64,000 nucleotides of DNA, filler included, from Reticulomyxa filosa (GCA_000512085.1; 25 parts of 25 records of this genome joined end to end with filler, not necessarily neighbours in it); one strand, 5' to 3'; counted from the first letter of the whole stretch, positions 26,204-39,841 are shown. The notes: a model not told the origin generated them from the sequence alone. A program made the numbers and translations.

Positions 26204-26619
26204 ATGATGAAGGAAAAGATAACCTTTGTGGACGAGTATCAAATATTGGAAAAAATACGAAGTGGCGGTGATGGAATAGTATATAAAGCGACAGGAAGTG
26301 ATACAAAAGATGTGGTGGCGATAAAAAAGTTGCACAGTAGCAATAGCCAAGAAGCGGAGCTGTTGAAGCGATGTCGACACCGGAGCATAGTGGAAGTGAA
26401 AGCAGCAGTGAACAACGAGTGGTTAATAATGGAGCATTGTCGAGGTGGGAATTTGATGACATACATAAAAAAGCACGGTCCAGTGAATGAGAGTATTGGC
26501 CGAGCATTTGGGCAGCAAATTGCGGAGGCTTTGTTATACCTGCACTCACAAAATATTGTCCACCGAGTTAACGGATGTAAGACAAAAAGACAAATAGGAC
26601 AAATAGGACAATATCATAT

Positions 26620-26650
<31 letters not shown>

Positions 26651-27870
26651 TATGTATATATGTGTATATGAAGGATGTAAAACCAGCAAATATATTGATG
26701 AGCGAAGAGTCAGAGAATGCGCGATTGAAATTGAGTGACTTTGGACATTCTCGATATTTGAACGACTTATCGGACCGAGGAGTCGGTGTTGGCACAAAGC
26801 ATTACAAAGCGCCCGAGATCCAAGACCACAACCCACACAATGAACTAGTGGACGTATGGTCATTTGGCGCCACACTGTACGTGATCCTCACCAACACATT
26901 CCCGTTTCAAGTCGAGTTCGACACGCTATTGCAAGCCGAAAAATACCATGGCACTTTGCAAATCCCAAAGCATCTCTCCAAAGACTGTCAAGAATTCTTA
27001 AAAGTTTTGTTGCTTTGAAGGGAGAGAGAGAGATAGAGGGGTTGCATGTAGGAGGTTATAACATAAATACATTTTTTTTTTTTTAAAAAAAAAGGGGTTG
27101 CTTCGAATCAGACCAGAGAATCGACTAACCTGGCAAAGCGTCTATGAAAATTCGTGGCTCAAATTGAGAGAGTGTCATACGCAAGGTTCTTTCTCCATTT
27201 GCTTTTCTCTTTTTATTTGAAAAAAAAAGGGAGAAATAAAAAAAAAAAAAGGTCTCGAGCAATTTGAGTGCGAGTTTTTGAGAAAACAAATCCAAAAGAA
27301 ATTAGAAGAAAGTTGAGAAGGGTTTTGTTTTCTCTTTGCCATTTGTAAATTGAGTGAATTATCGAAAGGAGACAGATAATTAACGGGGGGGGATAATAAT
27401 AAAAAAAAAGAAAAAGAAGAAGAATGGACGAGCGCAAAACAAAAAGAAGTGGACAAATTGAACCAATTGTTAGCTCAAAAGAATGAACAACTCCATTCAT
27501 TGAAGCAACAGATTATTGATCATCGTTTTGCTTTTTTTTTTTTTTTTTGGTATTAATGAATTCTATTTTTATTTGACTTGCCACTTTGGTCTCGACACAA
27601 ACAAACATGGACAGAACAAAGGACGGCGAAGGAGGTGAAGCAAGTGCATGGTCGGTAGTTTTTTTTTTTTTTTGACTCAGAGAGTATCAAAAGTCAATGC
27701 AATGTCTCAAAATAAAAATAAAAAATAAAAAATAAAAATAAAAAAATAGAACATTATGAAAAAACAGTAAAAAAGTTGAAGAGCTTGGAAGCGAAGATGG
27801 AACAAAAGACGCTCCAACTTTACGACGCTCAAAAAAAACTGCATGATATGCACATGCAACTCCAATACAG
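26204..27870 (+). CDS. Ser/Thr protein kinase (ULK/Atg1- or CAMK-like) with C-terminal coiled-coil exons
   Basis: VAIK, HR|DVKPANIL (intron 26567-26673), DFG, APE, DVWSFG, intron 27004-27094, then GLLRIRPENRLTW. Coiled-coil exons follow; the 3' end is uncertain. Confidence 0.9.
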
Positions 27871-28049
27871 TTTTGTTTTGTTTTTTTTTTCCCCACTGGT
27901 TTTGTTTGTTTTCTCACTATTACTTTTACACAAACAAATTTGTGTTTGTTCGCAATGATGCTACTATCATTCGTCGTCAAAGGACAGGTTAGTTGAGAGA
28001 ATTACTTGTGTTATTCATACATACAATTGTCGCAAACAAGACATTGAAA

Positions 28050-28743
28050 TCCATAAACAAATACAAATATAAATACAAATATAAATATCAATGCATGGAT
28101 TGAAGAACAATAATTCCAGTGTTGCAAAGAATGAAGACAAAGACAATGGCTTAGACGACTCGTTTGGTCTCTTTGCTCTCTTTTCTGCTGTTTCTTTAAC
28201 AAATGCAAATAACACACACACATACACACATACACACATACACACATATATATGTATACAAAAGGGCAATACATCCTGTGTCCATCGCTACAAATGAGCT
28301 AATTTTTTGTGTGTCCACAGATATCTACTTATATTAATGTATAAACATGCTTTGTAGAAATGATGAAAAAAAAAAAAGAAAAGTGAAATGTGGTTTGTGT
28401 CAATGTACGACAGTGGGAACTGAAAACAATCTCAAGCGCAACAATGCTCGACTAAGTGAAAATGACTCTGAAAATCAAAAAGGTATACTTGTATAACTGT
28501 GTGTGTTGATACAAAAAGGCCGCACTGTTGCATTGAAAAAATAGTGAAAGAAAAAGAAGAAAAGAGCGATATGGAAGAACTGTCACATGAAAAGTTCGAC
28601 GAACAATGTATGTAATTTTATTTACACCAAGTTTTTATCCATTGCAATTTGACTACTTTGTTCTTTACAAAAAGCAAGGGGGTTGTTGCAATTGTGGAAA
28701 AACAGTGAAGGAGAACAATGACAATAGTAATCGTAATAACAAT
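28050..28743 (+). CDS. Small coding-like exons, possibly the continuation of the kinase gene
   Basis: Short N/D/K/E-rich exon-like blocks (KNEDKDNGLDDSFG; NNARLSENDSENQKG; EKEEKSDMEELSHEKFDEQ) flanked by GT/AG. Confidence 0.3.
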
Positions 28744-28843
28744 NNNNNNNNNNNNNNNNNNNNNNNNNNNNNNNNNNNNNNNNNNNNTTAATTAATTAAN
28801 NNNNNNNNNNNNNNNNNNNNNNNNNNNNNNNNNNNNNNNNNNN

Positions 28844-30930
28844 GGTGGACACTTCACCTTCATCGATTCGCATACGTATTGGCTTCTGCCATCGCCACAT
28901 GTCACATGTCAAATTCAATGTCACATTGCCAACTGCGTCAATGTCCGCGTCCGCGTTTTCTGTCAATGCGTCCACTTCCATTTCGTAGCACGCGCCTGCA
29001 TTTTGTCTGCACGAAAATGCAAAGGTCGACGTTTTGCGGTACGTTCCACTGGCTGCGTTCTTGCCAAGTGCCAGGAACACTCGGTCTCGCAGACACGATG
29101 CAAACCCTTCGCAAGCGAATGTCAACGATTGTCCATTCCCTCCGGGCACGTCGAAATAAAATGTATTGTCCTGACACGAACTCGCCATTTGGCAAAAAAA
29201 TGGTATTCGTCTCATTCGCTGTCGATCTCACGATAGAGTATTGGAAGGAGTCACTGTTGAGATTTGAAGCGTCTTGTGGCACTAAGATGATTAGGTTTTG
29301 GCTGCTTTGCTTGTTGTCGTGATGGATGGTCATGTGTTGACACGACTTGTATCCACTACATTGCAAGTACACTGATGGCGATTCCTCCCCTTCGATCGTG
29401 GCTCCCAGACACGACTCTTGGCCGCTGCATACGAAACCACAGCGTTCGCTGTCTGTCTTGTCCGGACACACACCAGCTTGGTGTACTGACACGACGACTC
29501 TCCCGAACATTCCACGAAACACGACCGCACATCCGTACCGTCTGCGTATAGGGTGCAGTTGACGGTGGTGGACTGGAATCTCGACGGCCAGTCCGGTGTG
29601 GCGCTCACGATCAACGTGTAGTTCGTTTGCATTTTGAAATTGTTGCAAAGGCCAACGCAAGACCACTCTCGCGTCTGGTTGTTGTATTCCATGGTACATG
29701 TTTTCACGCCTTGCGGATAATCACAATACACCTTGGTGTATTGGCATGAGCCATTTCGGTGGGCGTCGTCGCAGATGATGTTGACAATGGGCGGTCCCGA
29801 ATATGCTCGAATGATCAAGCCATCATTATTGCCGTCGATGGTGTCGTTGGACGAATATTGAAGCGCTGTCATGTCGAATGTGCATGGCAATTGGTTGTGT
29901 TGCGTTGGAGTGTCTGGACAGGTGATCGTCGTGCGACCGCAAGTGTGCGTGCTAAAGGTACGAATATTCGCACAAGTGACGTTCAAACGATAACGTTGGT
30001 AGGGGACGTTAATATCGTATTCGCTGCCCACTGCGTTGTCGATCTTCTTCATGTCAAAGTCGTAGCAGGCACCGTCGTTGCAGTGGAGGAGGATGTTGAC
30101 CTCGGGAGTGACAAAGATCACATAAGTGAGAGCAGTGTATTGCAAGGTGTTTTGTCCGGTGGCTGTGATCAAAACATTTGCGGCGCTATCAGAGGAGAGG
30201 ATGACATTCCAAATGTTCCCCATGCAAGTGTTGTCATCGTGGCAAAGTATGGACAAAGACTGTACGTACAAGTCGTACAAATAGACGCCGTTGTTACAAC
30301 CGCATAAACTGTCGCATTCCAATGTGACTTTGTAAATAGGAGTGTCACTTTCACCCTGGGTGATCGATACACCGTCGCTCACACGCAAGTATACGTTTAT
30401 GAAATTCGCGGAGTTGGACATGAGCAAAGTGATGTCAAAGTAATCTGCGGAGCAGTCATCCAATGTCTCCTTTGTGGTCTTTTGTCCCTTTACGTTGTCG
30501 AATATTACATTCGCATGCTCCAACATGCTGTCAATGAGTAGTGACGAGTCTATCCACACCGAGTTGCGAAACTCCAAATGCGACACCCCCGCCAACTCCA
30601 AGTCCGTGCTAATGATTGTGCCGCCGTCAATGATAAACGATCCGTTATGAGCCAAATCAGCGTCCAATATCAATCCGGACAGCGTGACCTTGTCGCCGTA
30701 CGTATACAGACCTATCGTCACCACAGATGACAGATACAGCTTTGGAGTCGACACCACAGCAGTGTCTCCGCTGAACAGATTCACTTTCAAGTCCAGTCGC
30801 GACGCAAGGCCCAGATCCATTTCAAAGGTGTGTGTCGTGGACCAAGGAACGTCGTACGTTACGTTTATTGTTACGTCTGTGTCGGCCTGTCTCAGGAGGA
30901 TTCCCCAGAGTGCTTTACATTCAATAGATA
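28844..30930 (-). CDS. Large cysteine-rich extracellular/surface protein, internal exon
   Basis: About 690 codons across three ORFs (29330-30820, 28938-29699, 28796-29215) linked by frameshifts at a (CA)n near 29470 and an A7 at 29194-29200. Repeated C-x3/5-[SAT]C motifs and many NxS/T sequons. Confidence 0.75.
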
Positions 30931-32124
30931 GATAAATTGAATAAGTGAAAAAAAAATGAAAATGGGTAAATGAATTGAATGAACTAAATGAACTAAATGA
31001 ATTAAATGANNNNNNNNNNNNNNNNNNNNNNNNNNNNNNNNNNNNNNNNNNNNTTAATTAATTAANNNNNNNNNNNNNNNNNNNNNNNNNNNNNNNNNNN
31101 NNNNNNNNNATTTGTGGCTAAGTTTATCACGTCTCTACAATGCATTTACACTCGTTTTAAAAGCTATTATTTGTTCATATAATATTTCTTTTGCACTGTC
31201 TCAAGTATAGCAGCTAGTGTCAATATTCGAACCATACATCTAAAGTTTTCTTCTGAAATTTGCAGCAAGGTTGTTATGTATCCCTGGAAAAAAATTAAAA
31301 GATTTTTTGCGTAACTGCGTTTCGGAAGCATTTTATTTTAATACAAAATAATTAATAATTAGAGTTGTAGCACTTCCTTGTTTTCTGCAATTTATTGCTT
31401 TAATTTTTTAAAAGAAACAAGCTTTTACTAGCTGTATTCTAATCTTATTAAATTTCACAAATTACATTTGAGTTCAACAGTCAAAATTTTTTTGAATAAT
31501 ATTTTTGGAAAGAAGACACTGATACTATTTCCTTCTAATATTTATGTTTTGTACAATTTATAGCTGCTTGATGAAATATTTAATTATTTTATGTTCGAAG
31601 ATTTTCATCATTTTATGAATTAATTATTCGCATATTAATTTGTTACTAATGTCAAAATAAGACAATATCAAACTAAAAAAGCTAAATTTTACTTTTTCGA
31701 ATTACATTTCTATGCCTTTTTCAATGTATCTGTAGAATCAATTTGTGGTTCAATTTAAAACTATTGGAAACAACGCTCCATTGTACTAGAACGTGTTTGC
31801 TGAATTTTTTTGATATTTTTGATTTAAATTAATCTTATCGTTCTTTTCAAGGACAAGAAGCAAACTTTCTACTTTAGCAATCAACAATCAAATTTGGATG
31901 GAGTTCATATTGTGATTACTTTATAACGTTGATAAATATTCGGAACGAAATAAAAATTAACACATTGAAACAGTTATGTGATGCTTTATTCTGACAATTC
32001 AATAAGTTTATTAAAAAGCAAATTAATAGTTTCATTCACTTTGTAACAAAAATCTAAGCTGTATCTAATTTGAACTGTCAGAAACTCTAGAAAAAAGGTG
32101 TTATTTTCCTGTATCATACGTAAA

Positions 32125-32428
32125 ATGGGCTCATTGTACAGTATTTTTAGCAATTCTGTGTCCGGAACGGATGTATCATCAACAGCAGAAGAAATGAAAC
32201 GGCACATTTGTTCTTTTGCTCTTACACAAAAAACAATAACACAAATCCTTCACATTTGGATTAGAGTTGAACTCGAGCTATGGCACAAAATACCAAATGA
32301 GATAATTCAACTTATCATTCCGTACACGTTGACAAAGAGACGAAATATTGAACACGAAGTAAAAATCAATGTGGTACTTGTTGGAGCGACTGGAGTCGGT
32401 AAAACTTCTGTTATCGACTGTTTCGCAC
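32125..32428 (+). CDS. F-box-like motif fused to a Ras-superfamily small GTPase P-loop, first exon
   Basis: MGSLYS (MGxxxS myristoylation pattern), KIPNEIIQLIIPY, then KINVVLVGATGVGKTSVI (G1 box). GTGAG donor at 32429. Confidence 0.7.
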
Positions 32429-32450
32429 GTGAGTTAAAAACTCCTTTTTA

Positions 32451-32488
<38 letters not shown>

Positions 32489-32588
32489 NNNNNNNNNNNN
32501 NNNNNNNNNNNNNNNNNNNNNNNNNNNNNNNNTTAATTAATTAANNNNNNNNNNNNNNNNNNNNNNNNNNNNNNNNNNNNNNNNNNNN

Positions 32589-32713
32589 TTTTGTTTTAAC
32601 TCTTCTTCGGTGATGGAATCTCCAAATAATCGGATCAACGCTTTAGTCTCTTTTCCGTATTTTTGATTATTATTGTTGTTACTGCTATCTTGCATTCCTC
32701 CGTTACACTTCAT
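32589..32713 (-). CDS. 5' fragment of a hypothetical protein
   Basis: MKCNGGMQDSSNNNNNQKYGKETKALIRLFGDSITEEELKQ runs into the spacer. Confidence 0.4.
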
Positions 32714-35185
32714 ATCACCTATTAAAATACAATATACATCTCCATTGTTTTATATAATCATATATTATTACTAATTGGACTTTATAACTTGTATTTTGAG
32801 AATACACAAGGAATGTCATGTCCTTGTTCTTGGCAGAATTTCCATAGTATCTTGTCGAGCTTGTCATAAACGACATTGCTAACAGATACCCACCACTGGT
32901 CATTATCTATCAAAAGATAGGCCAAAATACAAAGTTTATTATCCAAAAGTATAAAATGTAAAAATAAAATCAATCTCAAACTCTTTTGTCTCGTTGTGAT
33001 TATGTACTTTACCTAAAACAGGTTATGTAGAATTTTTTAAGGAAAGAAAAAAATACTATTGGCAGATACACTTTTGCAAGCGATTTAAAAATTTTTCTAC
33101 TTTTAAATCTCTAAACAAAACCCTTTTATACACACCTTAAATACCTGTTCCGAATATAAACAAGTCAAAAATTTATTTCTTTTACACATTTTAACTGATA
33201 TAAAAAGGCAGAAGCAAAGAAGTGACAAAAAATAAAGCAAAACATTCACTTTACCGAATTGTATTTTGAAAGACAAAAAGTCTCCGACAGGAATGTTTCA
33301 AATTATGACGCAAATAATTACGAAGAGTAAAAAAAATGAACGAGTTTTTGTTTTTCAACTAATACTATTGTTCTCTCCCTTTTACACCTTGGGAATTATT
33401 GATAAAGTCTCGAGAAATCTTATTATTTCCAAATCTTTCGTAACAATGAATAAAAGAAATAAAATAACGATTTCTCAAATAATCTCTTAAACCAGATTAG
33501 GAAAAGTTGCCGAAGATCTGGTTATTTTTAATTTGGAAAATCTTGCATTTGATTGAATAATTTTAAGAACGGTACATATTATTTGAACTTGTGTTATGAT
33601 TCAGGCTGCGTTCAATGTTTTTTTAAATAATAATAAATGTAATTTGAAAAGAATTGAATTGTATTTTTGTGATCCATTATAAAATTTTATTCAAACCAAT
33701 ATTCAAATAATTATTCAAAATTGAGTTTGGATGGTAAATCAAAAAAGGGTCTTTGAAAAGGAAGTGTAAATTGCTTACGCTTTAGAGAGCAATGACAAAG
33801 AAATATCTTCCATTGCACAAAAAAGATTTTTTTAAATCTGCTTTTGGATGATAAAAAATGACGCTTTTCAAGAGTTTGCTTGCATTAAAAACAAAACATA
33901 TAAAGTAAAACTTGCTGCATTTTATTTCTATCAAGATTTTTTTTTACTTTAAACGTTTCATATGCTCTCAAATAATATCGATTCAATTTCTAAAAAATGT
34001 TTTGGTTTCTATGTTTCAAAGGAATTGAATGTTTTTGCTTGTTCGGATGTTTAGAAAGGATCGAGCAAAAGAAGGACGTGGACCAAGAGTGATGTGTCAG
34101 GGAAAATGGCAGCAAACAAATGTATGTTGTTTGCCATTCATAATACGGGCATATCACAAATTTTCTTTACAAAATAAGATTGTAGAAACATCAAATTGAC
34201 TAGAACTGTATTATTGTTTTGTTATGATATATTAATTTGAAGAATTGTTAAAAATTATTTCAAAATTCTAACAGAAACGAGTATCATTTAAAACATAAGC
34301 AGCATTATTTTTATTGCTTTGCAATGACGAAAAATCTACAATAATGTATTTATATTACACACACACGAACTGTTCCACCATATGATACAGATCAAAGAAT
34401 CTGACAATTATTAAATGTGAAATCAATAATTTATACATAATAATCAACAATGATAACAGCGACATATTTTGATTTAATGCGAACTTGGTGTTGATCAACA
34501 AGCTAAACTGTACTTAATTCTATACAATCAGCATGCAGTAAGGGCAGCGTCTAATGTCAAAATAGAAGTCTTTTGAATACAGGCAGAAGGATACGAAGCA
34601 GTAATAGTAAAAAAAGCTTAAAAATTTTGTTACCACTTTGTGTATCAAATGTTTTTTTACGATAAAGTAATTTAAAAACATAAAATTTGTGTAATTTATG
34701 ATTACACTCCATTGTTTAGTCAAATAATAATAAGACAAAAGATTACAGCAAGACAAATCAATTGACCGAAAAAACATTGCAAACTTATAATAGCACAAGT
34801 TTTTACAAATTTAACGATAAGAAAAAAAAAACAACTAAAAATTGCTTGAAATACAAAATATTTGATTTTAAATTGGAACAATATCAAGTCATAGTTGATG
34901 ACAAGTTGTTTTGAAATGTTTCAACTTATCAATGAGTGTGGTTCACAAATATGAAAGTAATAATCATCACCCAATTCTCTATTCCAATTTCCACTTGTTT
35001 TACATATCGATAAAATTACAAACTTCCTTATGCGTTTTATATATTTTGATTTATGCAATAAGTTATATTTCTAATTAATCTTTNNNNNNNNNNNNNNNNN
35101 NNNNNNNNNNNNNNNNNNNNNNNNNNNTTAATTAATTAANNNNNNNNNNNNNNNNNNNNNNNNNNNNNNNNNNNNNNNNNNNNAA

Positions 35186-35554
35186 TTATTAAATACAATA
35201 TTATCTGGATCAAGCGATTGTAGTGTTCGTTTATGGGATATTCGATCTTGTCAACAAATTCAATTATTTAATGGGCATAAAGATTATGTTCGTGATGTTG
35301 AATATTCCCCATTTGTAATAAATGATAATATTTGTAATTCAAATGTTATATGCTCTGGATCATTGGATAATACGATTAGATTTTGGGATATTCGATCAAA
35401 TAAGGAAGAATTATATTTGATAAATGGAAACGACCAAAAAGATGATGGAGTATTATGCATTAAATTTGGATTATTGGAAAGTGAAAAAAATTCAAAAGAT
35501 CATACTAATTTATACTATGGCTTAAAAAAAGGTCAAATTTGTGTTTTTGGATAA
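35186..35554 (+). CDS. WD40-repeat protein of an expanded family, C-terminal part
   Basis: ILSGSSDCSVRLWDIRS..FNGHKDYVRDVEYSP...ICSGSLDNTIRFWDIRS. The frame is open from the contig start to TAA at 35554. Confidence 0.9.
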   Translation, partial: LLNTILSGSSDCSVRLWDIRSCQQIQLFNGHKDYVRDVEYSPFVINDNICNSNVICSGSLDNTIRFWDIRSNKEELYLINGNDQKDDGVLCIKFGLLESEKNSKDHTNLYYGLKKGQICVFG

Positions 35555-36432
35555 ATTATCTACATTTTTTTTAATTAATTTCCATTTTTACATTTTTTAA
35601 AAAAATTGTACTATATAATTACATTCATGTTTTAATGAAAAAAAAATATAAACTCAATTGGACAGAATACACCATACAATCACGTTATATCAAATTTTAC
35701 TTTATACAATATATTTTTGTTTGTTAATTGTGGTCTAAAATTTTCCACAAAATTGACAGTTTTTGAGTTCAAAACCATTTTATTTCAACCAGTCTGCAAA
35801 ATCACTTTCTGTTATCATCATTGCACGACAGTTTTAAAAAAAATCTTTTTTAAGAATATACGGGGGCAATTATTGAAGAAGGATGGATTAAGGACAAAGA
35901 AGGTTTAAATGCAGATTTAGATGAAATCTGCGAAATGCTGCTTCTATCCAATGAAAAAAAAGAAATATTCAAAGCTGCTGTTTTCACAACTGTGGTTGTT
36001 GTGGATGATATAAAGGTTTAGTATCGAAATTCGATAGTGAATATAGCAATTTTTTTGCCTACGTGTGCAAGACGAAAAATCTTGCAAAGATTAGAGGAAT
36101 TGCAATTAAAAAAATGGATGACTTTTTTCCCGTTAATAATAGCAATTGAATGTCTCCTTTTCAAAAGAAGATTTTGACAATGGTATCAACGTCTTAACCA
36201 AACAAATTCGGACAAAGCATCATATTGTTCACTTTTGGACAATAAATTTAAAGATTTAAATAATGATGTCAACATCTTGTATAGCATGTACAAAACTAAA
36301 TTAAGTAAGGTTGAGGAATCAAAAAAAAAAAANNNNNNNNNNNNNNNNNNNNNNNNNNNNNNNNNNNNNNNNNNNNTTAATTAATTAANNNNNNNNNNNN
36401 NNNNNNNNNNNNNNNNNNNNNNNNNNNNNNNN

Positions 36433-36973
36433 CTATTTTTTTTTTGTTTTTTTTTTTTTTTTTTTTTTTATTTTCATTTCATTTCAACTTTTGCGTTAAA
36501 ACAATAATTTTATTAACTTTGTGGAAATCCTGCTCATAAGGCGTCAGGTATCTTGACAAAGAGTAGTTGGCCAGAGACTGATTCAAATTCAACAAATGGT
36601 CCTTCGGAACAAAACGCATTCGATAATAAGTACTCAATGCCTCCAATAATAATCGAAAGATTTTCACCAGGTCTACTATCACTTCATTTTCGTCTCCGTA
36701 TTCTTTCTATTTCGTTGCACACACGCCATAATATGTACTTTTCTATCCTTTTTTTCTTTTCACACAATCATATGGCGTATAGCAACTAACTGCAAATTCT
36801 TGAAGCATTGATTTGCTCTCCTTCGAATTCAGTAAAAACGTGTGGGCAAGAATCGGCTTCAACGACTGATACAAGTTTCCCCAATGCCGTCTTAATTCAT
36901 TCCATGAATTCCATTGCTTCGGAAACTTATTTTTCGAATATGTTTTTTTTGCATGTTTTTCTTTTGAAGGCAT
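36433..36973 (-). CDS. Hypothetical protein, 5' exons
   Basis: ATG at 36973. Two exon-like ORFs (36743-36973 and 36479-36682) are separated by a GT-AG intron. Divergent from the Kelch gene. Confidence 0.5.
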
Positions 36974-37353
36974 TGCCTGATTATTAAAAGTTCACAATTT
37001 TTTTTTTGTACACTTCCTTTTTTTTTTTTAAACTGACAACCAATCAGTTTAAGCTTTGCTCTTTCAAACTAAAGAAACATATTTATCCAAAGTAGTATTT
37101 CAAAAGGAAAAATAAACTAAATCATACCCAAAAAATGTATGTGTACGCGTAATTGTGTTTTATTTTCCAACTTAGAGAGAATAATGTTTTTTGGGTCTCA
37201 CGACCTACATTTAATTTGAATTGTGGCTTATTTTGTGTCTCGTTTACAATATGAATTTAACATTTCTTCGTAACGAATAAAAAAAATGTGTACAGCTGAG
37301 TTTGAATGAAATAATTCTGGGGGGATGGGACATTGAAAGATCAGCAGCAGAAG

Positions 37354-38310
37354 ATGTCTTATGACCTGATTTATGAAAAATTACCAAATTTGCCAATTTC
37401 CTTAAGTGGTTCACAATGCGTCTTGTTCAATAAGGAAATATTGATTTGTGGTGGAGAGAACAGTAACCTTTGCTACTCTTACCATACGTTAAAAAGGCAA
37501 TACAAATTGATTTGTTCGTATCCTCAAGGAGTTCGATTAAATGGGCATGCAGTGCTTGAGTTGGCAAAAGTTGGTCGAAAGACAACGATTCTGTTATCGT
37601 TTGGAGGGAAGCACAAGCACACACTGGCGATGAAGTATCGAAGCGTATGGAACAAAGCAGATACATATATGAATGAGTGGACAAAGGCGAAAGGATTGAC
37701 GCTATCAAACGAAGAAATGTGGTCAGTGCGAGCAGCATTGGGAGGTCAAAAAAAAGAGTTGTTATTTATAGTATACAAGCCCAAGAATATAATAGTATTT
37801 AATATCGAAACCTTGAAGCTTGTGACAAAGAGTACTCTGCCAATTGACAAGATATATGGAGGAAGTTGCTTTGTGCAAACGGAAAACGAGATGTTGTTTT
37901 TTAATTGGAACAATGGACTACGAATCAAATATCACGAAAAGACTAATCGATTTAAGTACGAAAGACTCTCAATCAGTCCACAATTTATTGCCTTTGATTG
38001 CTCCTACGTACGTGTCAGCGACGCTATTCTCTTATTCGGAGGATACGACAGTCATGACAAAATAACAGACCAAATCCACGTATACTTTTTCAAAAGCAAG
38101 AAATGGAAACAATATCCGTATCGACTGCCTTCGTCCATTTGCAATAGTTTCGCCTTGCTTTCCTCGGATAGTAACTGGGTGTATCTCATTGGCGGACAAA
38201 ACAAGTCTTTTGGAAACTCGCACTTCAAAATCAAAATTGATGACATTGTGCAAGTTTCTTCTTTTATTGTGCACTCATCTACGTATACATATTTATCTAT
38301 TTGTGTATAA
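37354..38310 (+). CDS. Kelch-like beta-propeller protein
   Basis: ILICGG, LLSFGG, AALGG, ILLFGG, VYLIGG. Clear paralogue of 18053 (SQCVL, CYSYH.LK..YK.IC.YP, KHTL.MKY.SVW). Probable intron donor near 38254. Confidence 0.85.
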   Translation: MSYDLIYEKLPNLPISLSGSQCVLFNKEILICGGENSNLCYSYHTLKRQYKLICSYPQGVRLNGHAVLELAKVGRKTTILLSFGGKHKHTLAMKYRSVWNKADTYMNEWTKAKGLTLSNEEMWSVRAALGGQKKELLFIVYKPKNIIVFNIETLKLVTKSTLPIDKIYGGSCFVQTENEMLFFNWNNGLRIKYHEKTNRFKYERLSISPQFIAFDCSYVRVSDAILLFGGYDSHDKITDQIHVYFFKSKKWKQYPYRLPSSICNSFALLSSDSNWVYLIGGQNKSFGNSHFKIKIDDIVQVSSFIVHSSTYTYLSICV

Positions 38311-38334
38311 TATATGTACATATACATATATACG

Positions 38335-38385
<51 letters not shown>

Positions 38386-38487
38386 TTNNNNNNNNNNNNN
38401 NNNNNNNNNNNNNNNNNNNNNNNNNNNNNNNTTAATTAATTAANNNNNNNNNNNNNNNNNNNNNNNNNNNNNNNNNNNNNNNNNNNN

Positions 38488-38938
38488 ATATATATATATA
38501 TATATATATGTATATATGTTATATATGTATATTATTTATTTGTTCATTGGTTTGTTTGTATAATGGAATAATATATAAAGATACAAACCATAAATGACAA
38601 TCGCTCCTTGACCTTGCGGCACCAATTCGTTTCCGCTTCCACAGCTATAGATATCACTTCTAGTCAGCAAGCATTTGCACCCATTTCCAGCAACGTGAAT
38701 GCCCGCTCCAAGTGCATGTAATATCCGAGACCGACGCAGCCACATACAGCTTTCTTCTTCCAAGAAGAACCCATCTGTTCGATTGCAATCAAACATGCAG
38801 TTTGTCGCTAATAATCTCGACTGTAATGACATGCGAACAATTCCATGACCTTTTTTTTTTTTTTAATGTTTATTTCATATTTTTTTAAAAAAAAGATCAA
38901 AAGAGAGGGAGGGAAAAAAATTATATACATATATGTAC

Positions 38939-38970
<32 letters not shown>

Positions 38971-39841
38971 GTAGGATGCTATGTACGGAACTGCCGCCAT
39001 AAGCTTTCAAAAAAACATTTTGCAATCGAACGGTAGTGTTTTTTCCAACACACCATAAAAAGTGATCGCTGTCACATTTGTTGATGATGACGACTCTCCA
39101 GCTGGACACATAGTTTAAATCCCACTCTCTGTTGGACGCGGTCCACTTGCCGTTGCGGCCTTTCCTCTTCGCGTGATTGGGCTTGTGTGACTCTGCGGCT
39201 TTGGGATTGGCTGTTGTCCAGCCATGTTTGGAGTGCGAAGGTAGATGTCCGAGCAAACTCTTGGCTTCCTCGGTCATTTCACATTCCCTGGAAGATGACT
39301 TGTCATCGGAATAATCGGATTCGTCTTCCATCACTTCGTCCTCGTCGTCATTGTCATTGTCATTGTCATTATCATTGTCGTTGTCGTTGTTGTTATCCTG
39401 ATCATCGCCGTCAAGATCATCGTCGTCGTTGTCGTTGTCATTGTCATTGTCATTGTCGTCGTCATCATCTCCGTCTTCGACGTTGTCTTTGCCATGGGTG
39501 GGGAATAGTTTGGTGTGAGGATATCTGTGTTTCAAGTTGAATTCTTTGTCGATATGGTCTGGGATGCCTTTGATAGTCACAGACGCAGACAATTTGAAAT
39601 CAAAAGACGACTCGTAGACTCCCGGATATAAGTGGATTTCGTCATTGGGCAAATATTGACGCAACGCCTTGTCCAAAGAAGACATGTGAATTTTGTACTC
39701 TCCTTCGTGCTCCGACGCCGTCATCCGCTCATCCATTCTTCGCAGTCTTTTTTTTTACGATACGTCGTTTGGCTAATCGCGTCTAATTGTGCGCACATTT
39801 CATTTGTCCATGACCGATTTACTACAAAGATTGCCTATCAT

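Noticed and set aside
38921-39736. Assignment of the beta-helix gene to SHCBP1 or FBXO11
   Set aside because: Only the generic beta-helix cap is visible; no F-box or SHCBP1-specific motif was recognised.
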